64,000 nucleotides of DNA from an uncultured Chloroflexia bacterium. GTDB taxonomy: Bacteria > Chloroflexota > Limnocylindria > Limnocylindrales > CSP1-4. The stretch lies in assembly GCA_963739365.1 (NCBI GenBank), contig CAVUAG010000006.1, positions 55,991-119,990 of the forward strand, given 5' to 3'. Each line of letters begins with the position of its first letter. The stretch's first letter is position 1. The notes below the pieces were generated by a model. That model saw only the letters and a program-made list of their open reading frames with translations, was not told the origin of the DNA and ran no database searches. The position numbers were made by a program, and so were the translations under genes. Positions 1-9,237 of this stretch are shown here, one piece after another.

Positions 1-1188
1 ATGGACTCTCGAGCCCGCGTTCGTGCCACCCTGGACCACCGCGAGCCCGACCGCGTTCCCCGCGACATGGGCGGGGTGCGGATGACGGGGATCCACGTCC
101 GGGCCTACGCGGGCCTGCGCCGCGCGCTGGGGCTTCCGGAGCGCGAGGTTCGCGTCGGCGACATCTCCCAGCAGCTCGCGGTCATCGACGACGACGTGGC
201 CGACGCGCTGGGCCTCGACGTCCGGGGAGTGGAGCCGCGCGGGCCGTCCGGGTATCGGCGCGAGCTGGTGGACGAGGGGGAGTACACCGCGTTCGTCGAC
301 GAGTGGGGCGTGCGGCGCCGGATGCCCAGGGACGGCTTCTTCTTCGACCCGTCGTCAGCGCCCCTGGGCGGGGAGATCGACGCCGGCGACCTCGCCCGGT
401 TCGCCTGGCCGGACGGGGGTGACCCTGCCCGTCGCGCCGGCGTCGCCGACGAGGCGCGCCGCGTGATCGCGGACGAGGGCCGCGCCGTCTATGTCGGCTC
501 GGTCTGCGCCGGCCTGACCGAGATGCTCTTTCGGCTCCGCGGGTTCGAGGACGGGTACATGGACCTCGCGGCCGACCCGGCCCTGGCGCGAGGGCTGATG
601 GAGCGCGTGCTCGAGATGAAGCTGGCCTGGTGGGGGGCGATCCTGCCCGAGCTCGGCGACGCGGTGGACGTGGTGGGCGAGGCCGACGACCTGGGCGGCC
701 AGTCCACGCCCCTCTTCGCCCCCCGAACCTACCGCGAGCTCGTGAAACCCCTCCATGCCGAGCTCTTCGCGTTCATCCGGTCGCGCACCCGGGCCAAGGT
801 CTTCTTCCACTCCTGCGGGGCGATCCGGGAGCTGCTCCCCGACCTGGTCGAGATCGGGGTCGACATCCTGAACCCGGTGCAGGTCTCGGCGACCGGCATG
901 GAGACGGCCTCGCTCAAGCGCGACTTCGGGCGCGACCTCGTCTTCTGGGGCGGCGGCGTGGACACGCAGGGCGTGTTGGGCAGCGGGACCCCGGACGAGG
1001 TCCGGGCCGAGGTGACGCGGCGGGTGGCCGACCTGGCCCCGGGCGGCGGCTTCGTCTTCGCGTCGGTCCACAACATCCAGGCCAACGTGCCGGCGGAGAA
1101 CGTGAAGGCCATGTGGGAGGCAGCAGCGGCCGAAGGCGCGTACCCGCTGCGGGCGCAGCCGGCCGCCGGCGCGGGAGCCGGCTCGTGA
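1..1188 (+). CDS. Uroporphyrinogen decarboxylase (URO-D) family protein, MtaA/CmuA-like fold
   Basis: 395-aa ORF with URO-D-family blocks: REPDRVPRD near the N-terminus, FFHSCGAIRELLPDLVEIGVDILNPVQ, GGGFVFASVHNIQANVP. The ATG is at window base 1, so an upstream extension cannot be excluded. The stop overlaps the next start (GTGA, 1185-1188). Confidence 0.8.
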   Translation: MDSRARVRATLDHREPDRVPRDMGGVRMTGIHVRAYAGLRRALGLPEREVRVGDISQQLAVIDDDVADALGLDVRGVEPRGPSGYRRELVDEGEYTAFVDEWGVRRRMPRDGFFFDPSSAPLGGEIDAGDLARFAWPDGGDPARRAGVADEARRVIADEGRAVYVGSVCAGLTEMLFRLRGFEDGYMDLAADPALARGLMERVLEMKLAWWGAILPELGDAVDVVGEADDLGGQSTPLFAPRTYRELVKPLHAELFAFIRSRTRAKVFFHSCGAIRELLPDLVEIGVDILNPVQVSATGMETASLKRDFGRDLVFWGGGVDTQGVLGSGTPDEVRAEVTRRVADLAPGGGFVFASVHNIQANVPAENVKAMWEAAAAEGAYPLRAQPAAGAGAGS

Positions 1189-2313
1189 ACGGCGAGTCGG
1201 TCGTCCGCGGGCGTCTCGTTCTCGACGAGCACGTCCGCGCCGGACAGGTCGTGGTGCGCGACGGCTGGATCGCCGAGGTCGAGCTCGACGCCGCGGAGGC
1301 GTCGGGCCCGTTCGTCGCCCCGGGCTTCGTCGACGTCCACGTTCACGGTCGCGGCGGCCACGACGCGATGGGCCCGGACGGCGCCCTCGATGGGATGTCC
1401 CGGGCGCTCCTGCGCCACGGCGTCACCTCGTTCCTGCCGACGGCCGTGACGGCGCCGCTGGCCGACCTGGCCTCGTTCGCCGAGCGGGTGCGGCGCTGGA
1501 TGCCGGCCGCCCCGGACGACGGGGCGGGTCCGCTCGGGTTCAACCTGGAGGGGCCGTTCATCAACCCGACGAGGAAGGGTGCCCAGAACCCGGCCCACAT
1601 CCGTGTCCCCGCCGAGGTCTCGACCGCGGATCTCGAGCCGCTCGTCGACGGGTTGCGGATCACCACGATCGCCCCGGAAGTCCCGGGGGCGCTCGACCTC
1701 ATCCGCTGGCTCCGCGCACGGGGCGTGGCGACCTCGCTGGGCCACTCCGCGGCGACGGCCGAAGAGGGGCGGGCCGGCTACGCGGCGGGCGCGCGCACGA
1801 CGACGCACCTGTTCAACGCGATGACCGGCGTCGACCATCGCGCCCCGGGGCTCGTCGTCGCCGCGCTGCTCGAGGACGACGCGTACGTCGAGCTGATCGC
1901 GGACGGGCACCACGTGGCCGAACCGCTGTGGCCGCTCATCCTGCGGGCCAAGCCGGCGGACCGGCTGCTCCTGGTCAGCGACGGTGTCTCGTTCGGCGGC
2001 ACGACCGCGCGGGCAGGACTCCTCGGCGGCCTGGCGTGCGTCATCGACGGCGACCGCTGCGTGCTGGCCGACGGCGGGAACCTGGCCGGCTCGGTGATCG
2101 CGCTCGACGCGGCGGTGCGGAACGTGGCCCGGTCCGGCGTCGCCGCTGCCGCGCGCGGTGGCCGCGGCCTCGCGCGAGCCGCTGGCGCTCCTGGGCGTGA
2201 CGGACCGGGGCCGCCTCGAGGCAGGGCAGCGGGCCGACCTCGTGGAGCTCGACGACGACCTGCGCGTGCAACGCGTCATGCGCGGCGGTCGCTGGTACCC
2301 GGGCCCGGGCTGA
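1185..2313 (+). CDS. nagA: N-acetylglucosamine-6-phosphate deacetylase, apparent 1-nt insertion near 2142
   Basis: GTG 1185 lies in the frame of track ORF 630..2492. NagA hallmarks: FVDVHVHGRGGHD, TSFLPT, THLFNAM, LVSDG. After ...AVRNVARSGV (ends 2141) the conserved C-terminus PLPRAVAAASREPLALLGVTDRGRLEAGQRADLVELDDDL...PG-stop continues one base out of frame (2143..2313). Confidence 0.8.
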
Positions 2314-2436
2314 GGGGCCGAGTCGGGCCGAGCTCAGGTGGGCGCCCCTCCGACCGCCGGCGGCCTCCCCGAGTTCCCGTCCCGGCATCCCCATCTCGCG
2401 CAGGCACGCTGACGCTCGCCCGCGCGGCCGCCGGGG

Positions 2437-3186
2437 TTACAGCGATGGCCGGATTCCCACGAAGACCTCGCGCTCCCACGCGTCGACGGTGACCGACGGC
2501 ACGAACCCCACCTCGCGCAGGAGATCGAGCCAGGCCGCTCGCGCGAAGAGGCCTTCGACGTGCCGGTCGTATCGGACGCGCACACCGTCGGCGCCCTCGC
2601 GGAGGAGCAGCGCGAAGTCGGTGATGAACGTCGTGTCGGACGGATCAGGGTCGTAGGACCATTCCAGGTACCGAAGGGCCCGGCCCTCGCCATCGTGGCC
2701 GCCGTGGTCGGTGTTCGGCTTGAAGGTCTCGCGCACGCAGTCGGGCGCGATCACGGCCGCCCCGCCCGGCCGCAGGTGGACCAGAGCGGTCGTCAGCGCG
2801 GCCCGCAGGTCGTCCTCGGTCGTCATGTACATGACGGCATCGTGGATGAGCACCGCGTCGAACGTCCGCCCCAGGCGAAGGGAGCGCATGTCGCCGAGCA
2901 GGTGCTCACAACCCGGGTTCAGCGTTCGGCTCAGGTCCAGCATCGCGGGCGCGATGTCCGTGAGCGTGAGGCGCAGGTGCGCGCGCAGGTGCGACGCGGT
3001 GTTGCCCCCGCCGGAACCCAGCTCCAGGAGCGTCTCCAGGGGGCCCGCGACGTTCGCCCGGAGGAGGTGGTGCACGAAGGCGGCCTCGTCGGCGTACTCC
3101 GCGGGCGCGGTGAGGAGGTGGAACCAGTCGGCGAGCTCGTCGTACATGCGGAGCCCGTCGCCGGGCGTGTCGGCGGGCTTCTCCAC
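2437..3186 (-). CDS. Class I SAM-dependent methyltransferase
   Basis: 249-aa intact ORF. Motif I LELGSGGGNTA, post-I LTLTDIAP, and the FDAVLIHDAVMYM block. Confidence 0.8.
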   Translation of the reverse strand: MEKPADTPGDGLRMYDELADWFHLLTAPAEYADEAAFVHHLLRANVAGPLETLLELGSGGGNTASHLRAHLRLTLTDIAPAMLDLSRTLNPGCEHLLGDMRSLRLGRTFDAVLIHDAVMYMTTEDDLRAALTTALVHLRPGGAAVIAPDCVRETFKPNTDHGGHDGEGRALRYLEWSYDPDPSDTTFITDFALLLREGADGVRVRYDRHVEGLFARAAWLDLLREVGFVPSVTVDAWEREVFVGIRPSL

Positions 3187-3223
3187 GGGTGGCTCCTCCA
3201 GTTGGCTGCAGCTGCCCCTCTCG

Positions 3224-3973
3224 TCAGGCAGGGTCGACGATCTCCAGGCGGATCCGCTTGTTGATCCGGCCCTTGCTCTCGTAGCCCGTCACCCGGATCG
3301 TGCCCACCTCGAGCGTGTTGGCGACGTGCGTGCCTCCGTCGGCCTGCAGGTCCAGGCCCACGATCTCGATCGTGCGGATCTGCTCGATCCCCTCGGGAAG
3401 CAGGTTGACCTTGGTGCGGATCAGGTCCGGGATGGCGAACGCCTGCTCGCGCGGCAGGTTGGCGACCCGGACGTCGCGGCCGCGGAGGAGCTCCTCGTTC
3501 ACGGTCGTCTCGATGGCCCCCACGAGATCGCCCGACATCCGCTCGAACTCGAAGTCCATCCGGCCGCCGCCGGGCTCCATGTTGCCGCCGGTCACGAGCG
3601 CGCCGTAGTCGCGCCAGACGACGCCGCACAGGGCGTGCAGCGCGGTGTGCGTGCGCATCAGCCGGAGGCGGCGATCCCAGTCGAGGTCGGCCGTGAAGAC
3701 CGCCGGCCCGGGAGGCGGCGGCTCGGCGCCAGCCTCCAGCTCGTGCCAGATCTCGTCGCCCGCCTTCTTCGCGGCGAGCACCTGCCATCTCCGCCCGTCG
3801 GGCGCCCGGATCTCGCCTCGGTCGGCCGGCTGGCCGCCGCCACCCGGGTAGAAGACGGTGCGGTCGAGGAGAACGAGGGCGCCCCTCCCCTCGGCCGGCG
3901 GGAGCTCCACCGCACGCACGCTCGCCGGGACGCTCCGGGCGTAGGCGTCGACGTAGCAGACGTTGTCGCTCAC
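3224..3973 (-). CDS. AlaX-type alanyl-tRNA editing protein (tRNA synthetase second additional domain)
   Basis: 249-aa intact ORF. Zinc-site motifs THTALHALCG (HxxxH) and LQADGGTHV, plus the FYPGGGGQP block typical of AlaX/AlaRS editing domains. Confidence 0.8.
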   Translation of the reverse strand: MSDNVCYVDAYARSVPASVRAVELPPAEGRGALVLLDRTVFYPGGGGQPADRGEIRAPDGRRWQVLAAKKAGDEIWHELEAGAEPPPPGPAVFTADLDWDRRLRLMRTHTALHALCGVVWRDYGALVTGGNMEPGGGRMDFEFERMSGDLVGAIETTVNEELLRGRDVRVANLPREQAFAIPDLIRTKVNLLPEGIEQIRTIEIVGLDLQADGGTHVANTLEVGTIRVTGYESKGRINKRIRLEIVDPA

Positions 3974-4078
3974 CTGCGGATCGTAGCGCGACGGACGATG
4001 GCTCGAGCCCGTGACGGCAGCCTTCGCGCCCCGTCCAGTGCCGGCCCGGCGCCGCCGCCCGCGCCCCGCCGGCCTCTC

Positions 4079-4569
4079 CTACTTCGCCGTCAGGGTGCCG
4101 GTCATGTTGGGGTGGACCGTGCAGACGAAGCCGTAGGTCCCGGCCGGCAGGGCCGGCACGTCGTAGGTCCGGGTCTCCACCCCGTTGAAGATCTCCCCGG
4201 TCCAGACCGCCGGACCGGTGGGGGAGCCCTCGTGGATGGCCACGTTGTGGGGGATCCCCGCGTCGTTGTTGGCGAACACGATCTGGAAGGGCGTGTCGGC
4301 CGGGACCTCGAGGGTGTCCGTGTCGAAGGCGATCCCGGATGCGCTGATCGTGACCTGCACCGTGGCCCCGCCGTTGCCGCCGTCGGACGGAGCCGCGGTG
4401 GGCGCACCGGAGGAGCCGGCGTGGCCGGCGACGCGCCGGGCTCGCTCGACGGGGCGACCGTGGGCGTGGGTGTCGGGGCGAAGGTCCAGCCGGGCGTGGA
4501 CTCGGCGGCGCACGCGGCGAGGACCGCTGTCAGGACCACGAGAAGGGCGAGGGGGCGGGCGAGGCGCAT
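4079..4569 (-). CDS. Cupredoxin (blue copper) lipoprotein, frame break in linker
   Basis: The C-terminal frame (track ORF 4079..4513) carries type-1 copper ligands: IPHNVAIH and YGFVCTVHPNMTG (H, C, H, M). The lipoprotein signal MRLARPLALLVVLTAVLAAC is in another frame (track ORF 4102..4569). The frames must be joined within the Pro/Ala/Ser linker, roughly 4395-4440. Confidence 0.7.
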
Positions 4570-4645
4570 GCGGGACGGAACCTCCGTGGCGGCGGCCGGG
4601 GCGCCGCGGCAGCGGCGCCCGATGCTCGTTGGGGACGCGCGGATC

Positions 4646-5914
4646 CTACCGAAGCGCGGCGGTTCGCGCCGTCGGGCGTGTCGCTTCCGGGCCGGTCGCC
4701 TCCGGCCGTCCCCCGGAGCGGATCCCGCGAACGAAGACGATGGCCACCAGGTAGCTCGCCGCCATCAGCAGGAAGACAGCCGTGAAGCCGGTCTCGTCAC
4801 CGAGCACGCCGACGAGCACGCCGAGCAGCGCCGCCCAGGCCGCGCCGACCAGGAACATCAGCGTGAAGTAGGTCGAGTTGGCCGCGTCGCGGATGGCGGC
4901 CGGGGCTGCCTCCACCAGCAGCCCCTGGAGCAGGCTCGCCTCCTCGAAGACGAAGGCCCCCACGAAACCGATCGCGAGCCAGACCAGCGGGATCGAGCCG
5001 CCGGCCACCACGAGCAGGACGAGAGCCGCCGAGCCTGCCACGTACGAGCCGATGAGCACCGGACGATGCCCGTAGCGACCCGCCAGCCGACCCGCGATCA
5101 GCGGCCCGGGAACGCTGCCGGCGAGCAGGAGCGTGTACATGAGGGCGATCGTCCCGGCGTCGAGGTCGAGCGAGCGGGCGAGGTAGAGCGGGACGAAGGT
5201 GGAGACGACGCCGATGCCGCGCCCGGCCGCGGCGATCGACGACGCGGCGAAGAGGCGCCGCAGGTCCGGCTCGCGCAGGACCGCGGCGAAGCCCGCGCGG
5301 ACGCTGCCATGGGCCACGGCGGCCGCCCGATCGGTGCCCGTCTCCCGCACGGCGACAAGGATCAGGGCGCCCACGACGACCGCCGGGATCCCGACGGCGG
5401 CCATCGCGACCGGCCAGCCGAACGAGACGATGAGCCAGGCGCCGACGAGGGGCACCGCCACGGTCCCCAGGTTCCCGCCCGCGATGTGGACGGCGATCGC
5501 GGCGGCCCGGGCGCGCGCGGGGCGCTGCTCGGCGATGAGCGCGTTGCCCACCGGGTGCTGGGGCGACCCGGCGACGCGGGCGACGATCGTGCCGAGCGAG
5601 AAGGCGCCCCACGACACGGCGAGGCCGGTCGCGGTCATGGCGGCGCCGAAGACGAGGCCACCGATGCCGAGGAGCGAGCGCCTGCTCATGACGCGCTGGA
5701 GCGGCGCATAGGCGACCTGGACGAGGCCGGTCAGGACGTTGCCGACGGCAAGAAGGAGGCCCATCTCGCCAACCCCGATCCCGAAGACCGGCGTCACAGC
5801 GATGAAGACAAGGGGCAGCAGAGCGGTCTGGGCGTGGATGAAGCCGTGCTGGGCCGAGAGCAGGCCCAGGGTGAGGCCGGGGCGAAGGTCGCCGGGCGGG
5901 GCCTGGTCATCCAC
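4646..5914 (-). CDS. MFS transporter
   Basis: Hydrophobic multi-TM ORF (track 4646..6016) with the MFS loop motif GRLAGRYGHRP. I place the start at GTG 5914 (VDDQAPPG...), overlapping the amrA stop by 8 nt. The upstream part of the ORF is R/S-rich and overlaps amrA. Confidence 0.75.
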   Translation of the reverse strand: MDDQAPPGDLRPGLTLGLLSAQHGFIHAQTALLPLVFIAVTPVFGIGVGEMGLLLAVGNVLTGLVQVAYAPLQRVMSRRSLLGIGGLVFGAAMTATGLAVSWGAFSLGTIVARVAGSPQHPVGNALIAEQRPARARAAAIAVHIAGGNLGTVAVPLVGAWLIVSFGWPVAMAAVGIPAVVVGALILVAVRETGTDRAAAVAHGSVRAGFAAVLREPDLRRLFAASSIAAAGRGIGVVSTFVPLYLARSLDLDAGTIALMYTLLLAGSVPGPLIAGRLAGRYGHRPVLIGSYVAGSAALVLLVVAGGSIPLVWLAIGFVGAFVFEEASLLQGLLVEAAPAAIRDAANSTYFTLMFLVGAAWAALLGVLVGVLGDETGFTAVFLLMAASYLVAIVFVRGIRSGGRPEATGPEATRPTARTAALR

Positions 5915-6545
5915 CCCGCGATGATGCGGGTTCGCCGGCCGCGAGGAGCGGCCCTGACGCCCGCTCGACCTCGAAGACCTCGAGCCGCGTCGTGCGCTCG
6001 CGCCAGGCGTCGGCATGAAGGCCGGCCTTCGCGCAGACCGCGTCGAGCATCTCGATCGTGCCCCAGCGCATCTCGGTGGCCACCTGCGGGAGCAGCAGCG
6101 CGCGACGGCCGCGGGCCTCCACGACGATCCCGTCGCGCCCGGGAACGAAGTCCCCCGGGTTGGCGAGCGGGCGCGGGCGGGAGAGCACGCTCACCTCGAT
6201 GCTGATCCCGGGGAGCTCGGGTGCCGCCACCGGCGGGAAGCGCGGGTCGCGCGTCGCCGCCATTCCGGCTGCCCGGACGACCGCCTCGCCAAGCGGCATC
6301 TCCGCGCCGAGGGTCCCCATGCAGCCGCGCAGGTCGTCGTCGACCGTCAGGGTCACGAACGCGTCTGCAGACGCAACGAGGGCCGGCTGGGCGCGGGCAT
6401 CGGGTACGGGTGCGGGCCGGCCCTCGACCGCCGCGATCACCGCGGCACGCGCGAGGTCGAGCAGGTGCTCGTGCGGGTGCGGCCCGGCGCTCGCGGCCTG
6501 CCCGGCGCTCGTGGCCTGCCCGGCGTTCGGGTCGGGATCGTGCAT
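5907..6545 (-). CDS. amrA: AmmeMemoRadiSam system protein A (AMMECR1 domain)
   Basis: Track ORF 5907..6881, with the start placed at ATG 6545 (MHDPDPN...). AMMECR1 core: AFVTLTVDDDLRGCMGTL, ATRDPRFPPV, IEVSVLS, GRRALLLPQV. Divergent from amrS across a 136-nt spacer. Confidence 0.8.
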   Translation of the reverse strand: MHDPDPNAGQATSAGQAASAGPHPHEHLLDLARAAVIAAVEGRPAPVPDARAQPALVASADAFVTLTVDDDLRGCMGTLGAEMPLGEAVVRAAGMAATRDPRFPPVAAPELPGISIEVSVLSRPRPLANPGDFVPGRDGIVVEARGRRALLLPQVATEMRWGTIEMLDAVCAKAGLHADAWRERTTRLEVFEVERASGPLLAAGEPASSRGG

Positions 6546-6681
6546 CGCGGCCTCCCAGGCCGGCATCCTGCGCGCGCCCGGCATCGTCGGCCAGTTCCGA
6601 ACGGCGCCGCCAACACGGGCCGGAGGGCACTGGCCGGGGCACGTCCGGCGGACGGAGACTCGACCTGAGGCCATCCGTCGC

Positions 6682-7784
6682 ATGTCCACCCTGCCCGTTG
6701 CCGGCCGCCGCAGCGCCGCCCCGTCCCCACGGGCCGTCGGCGTGGTTCCCGCGCTCCTCGCCGAGCCCCAGGAGGACGGCAGCGTCCTCTGCAACGCGTG
6801 CGCCATGCGCTGCCTCGTCCGGCCCGGCCGAATCGGCATCTGCGGCGTCCGGGAGAACCGCGACGGGGTCCTCCACTCCACCGTGTACGGTCGCGCGGTG
6901 GCCGTCGGGATCGACCCGATCGAGAAGAAGCCGCTCTTCCACGTCGCCCCCGGGGCCCTCGCCTACTCGATCGCGACGGTCGGCTGCCCGTTCCACTGCT
7001 CGTTCTGCCAGAACTGGGAGATCGCCCAGGCGCCGCGCCTGGGGCTCGACCTGCCGACGCGCAGCCTTCCCCCGTCGAAGGTGGTGGACGAGGCCCTGAA
7101 CGCCCGGGCGCGCGCGATCGCCTACACCTACGTCGAGCCGACCGTCTTCCTCGAGTACGCCCTCGACACGGCCGCGCGAGGCTCACGCCGCCGGCCTCCT
7201 CAACGTCTTCGTCACCGACGGCTACGCCACGCCCGAGGCGATCGATCTCCTGCGGCCCGTACCTCGACGCCGCCAACGTCGACCTCAAGTCGTTCGACGA
7301 CGCCTTCTACCGGAAGCTGTGCGGCGCGCGCCTGGCGCCGGTGCTCGACGCGCTGCGTGCCTACCGGGCCGCGGGCGTCTGGGTCGAGGTCACGACGCTC
7401 GTGATCCCCGGCCACAACGACGACTCCGGCGAGCTCCGCGCGCTGGCCGGCTGGGTCGCGACCGAGCTGGGCCCCGAGACGCCGTGGCACGTCAGCCGCT
7501 TCTTCCCGGCCCACAAGATGACGGACGTGCCGCCGACGCCCCTCGAGACCCTCCGCCGGGCCGCCGACATCGGGCGCGAGGCCGGGCTCGCCCACGTCTA
7601 CGTCGGCAACGCGCCGCAGCTCGAGATGGAGGACACCGCCTGCGCCGGGTGCGGGCGCGTGCTCCTCGAGCGCCGCGGGTACCGGGTCTTCGACCGCCTG
7701 GGCCCGGACGGGTCGTGCCCCTCCTGCGGGCGTGCGCTCGCGGGCCGAGCGCTCGACCACGACGGGCGCCAGCCCTGCGGATGA
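6682..7784 (+). CDS. amrS: AmmeMemoRadiSam system radical SAM enzyme, two apparent 1-nt insertions
   Basis: ATG 6682. Radical-SAM CPFHCSFCQNWE (CxxxCxxC). Upstream Cys cluster CNACAMRC...ICGVR. C-terminal blocks YLDAANVDLKSF, VTTLVIPGHND, PWHVSRFFPAHKM, CAGCG...CPSCG. The conserved text runs through three frames: ...EYALDTAA (to ~7172), then REAHAAGLLNVFVTDGYATPEAIDLLRP (~7172-7258), then YLDAANVDLK... Confidence 0.85.
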
Positions 7785-7862
7785 ACGCCATGGGCGGCTC
7801 GTCGGGCTCCGGCGGGTCCGTCCGGGCCGCGGTGGCGCGCCACGACCGCCGTCCCGCGCCCG

Positions 7863-8817
7863 ATGGCGGTCGCCGGGAGCTTCTACCCGGCGGGCGCCGG
7901 CCAGCTGGCGGCCACCGTGGACGAGCTGGTGGGCGCTGCGCGGGTGGCATTCCCGCCACCGGCGGGCCTCGATCCGGCGGGCCTCGCCGGCGTCCTCGTT
8001 CCTCACGCGGGACTCGTCTACTCGGGAGTCGTCGCGGCGGCAGCGTGGCGGGCACTCCTGCCCGCGCCCGGCCCGTCCGGGGACGCGCCCGCTTCGTCTC
8101 GGGGCGCGCCGGCCTCGTCTCGGGGCGTGCATCTCGTCTCGGGCGCGCCCGCGTCGTTCGAGCCTCCGACGACCATCGTCCTCCTCGGGACGAACCACGG
8201 TGCGGGATGGCTCGACGGCGTCGGTGCGTGGGACGGTGGGCCGTGGCGGACACCGCTCGGCGAGGTCGAGATCGACCGCGAGCTGACGGAGGCGGTGGTG
8301 GCCCTCGGCGCACCGTTCGCCGCGGACGCGCGCTGCCACCAGGGCGAGCACTCGCTCGAGGTGCAGCTCCCGTTCACGCGCCGGCTCGCGCCCGGAGCCC
8401 GGATCGTCGCCCTCTCGGTCGGCGCGGGGACGGGCGCGCGGGCGATCGAGGCGGGGGAGCGGCTCGGCGCGGCTCCTGGCTGCCCGGCGGACGGCGGGCC
8501 AGGACGTGGTCGTCGCGATCAGCTCGGACATGGCGCACTACCCGGCCGCCGATGTCGCCGAGCGGGTGACGGCAACGCTGCTGCCGTCCATCGTGAGCCT
8601 CGACGGCGCGGGGCTCGCTCGCGCCGAGGCTGCCACGCGGCGCGAGCCCGGCGTCTCGTGCGGCATGTGCGGGATCGAGCCGACAGTCCTCGGGCTCGCC
8701 GCGCTGCGGGCGATGGGCGCCGCTCCGGGCGTGCCGCTGGCAGCCGCCACGTCGGCCGACGCCGGCGGCGACCCGCGCCGGACGGTCGGCTACCTCGCGG
8801 TCGGGTTCACGGCCTGA
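7863..8817 (+). CDS. amrB: AmmeMemoRadiSam system protein B (MEMO1 family), one apparent 1-nt insertion
   Basis: ATG 7863 MAVAGSFYPAG. MEMO blocks VPHAGLVYSG, VLLGTNH, EHSLEVQLPF. After ~8470 the protein continues in the frame of track ORF 8506..8817 (LLAARRTAGQDVVVAISSDMAHYP, CGMCGIEP, VGYLAVGF). Confidence 0.8.
8085..8160 (+). repeat. In-frame ~21-nt tandem repeat inside amrB (APASSRG units)
   Basis: gcgcccgcttcgtctcgggg / cgcgccggcctcgtctcgggg / cgtgcatctcgtctcggg / cgcgcccgcgtcgttcg. This translates as DAPASSRGAPASSRGVHLVSGAPAS, between the conserved HAGLVYSG and LLGTNH blocks. Confidence 0.7.
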
Positions 8818-8840
8818 GCGTCCGCTGCATCGTGACTCTG

Positions 8841-8950
8841 CACCTGCAGCCGGTCACCTGCAGCCGGTCACCTGCGTGGCCGCCGTGAGCGCCGAGGTGG
8901 CGGGTGGCCGCCGCGGTCGCCGAGGTGGCGGGCGTGGCCGCCGCGACCGC
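8841..8950. repeat. Two short tandem repeats in the convergent intergenic region
   Basis: cacctgcagccggt x2 plus a partial third copy (8841-8876). A ~29-nt unit gccgaggtggcgggYgtggccgccgcgRYcgc x2 (8891-8950). Located between the amrB stop (8817) and the stop of the small membrane gene (8965). Confidence 0.6.
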
Positions 8951-8964
8951 CGACGTCCCCGAGG

Positions 8965-9226
8965 TCAGTGCTTCTTCTTGTCCTTCGGGACCTCGTACAG
9001 GTCAGAGCGCGGGTCGTGGTAGCCGGCGCCCCGCGTCGAGCTCGCGCTCGCCTTCGGCGCCATCAGGAAGAGCGCGAAGAGGGCGAAGGGGCCGAAGATG
9101 ACGCCCAGGATCCCCCACGTGATCGGCCCGCCGACCGCGCTGGGGCGCGCTCTTGTACGCGAGGTAGGCGCAGAAGAGCCAGATGAACAGGCCGAGGATG
9201 ACTCCGCCGAAGTAGATGATCTCCAT
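8965..9226 (-). CDS. Small two-TM membrane protein (no family recognised), frame break near 9135
   Basis: ATG 9226 MEIIYFGGVILGLFIWLFCAYLAYKSAPQRG. One frame over it continues RPITWGILGVIFGPFALFALFLMAPK...YEVPKDKKKH, with the stop at 8965-8967. The unshifted frame instead gives an R/P-rich tail. Confidence 0.4.
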
Positions 9227-9237
9227 GGTTGCGGAGT

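Noticed and set aside
2711-6205. Very long ORFs such as 2711..6205 (+, 1164 aa), 52873..55731 (-, 952 aa), 21558..23693, 24736..26829, 18599..20815, 56554..58593 and 729..2279.
   Set aside because: All lie antisense or out of frame to genes with clear family motifs. Their translations are monotonous R/G/P/A/D-rich strings with no recognisable domain. At about 70-75% GC, stop codons are rare in non-coding frames, so ORF length is not evidence here.
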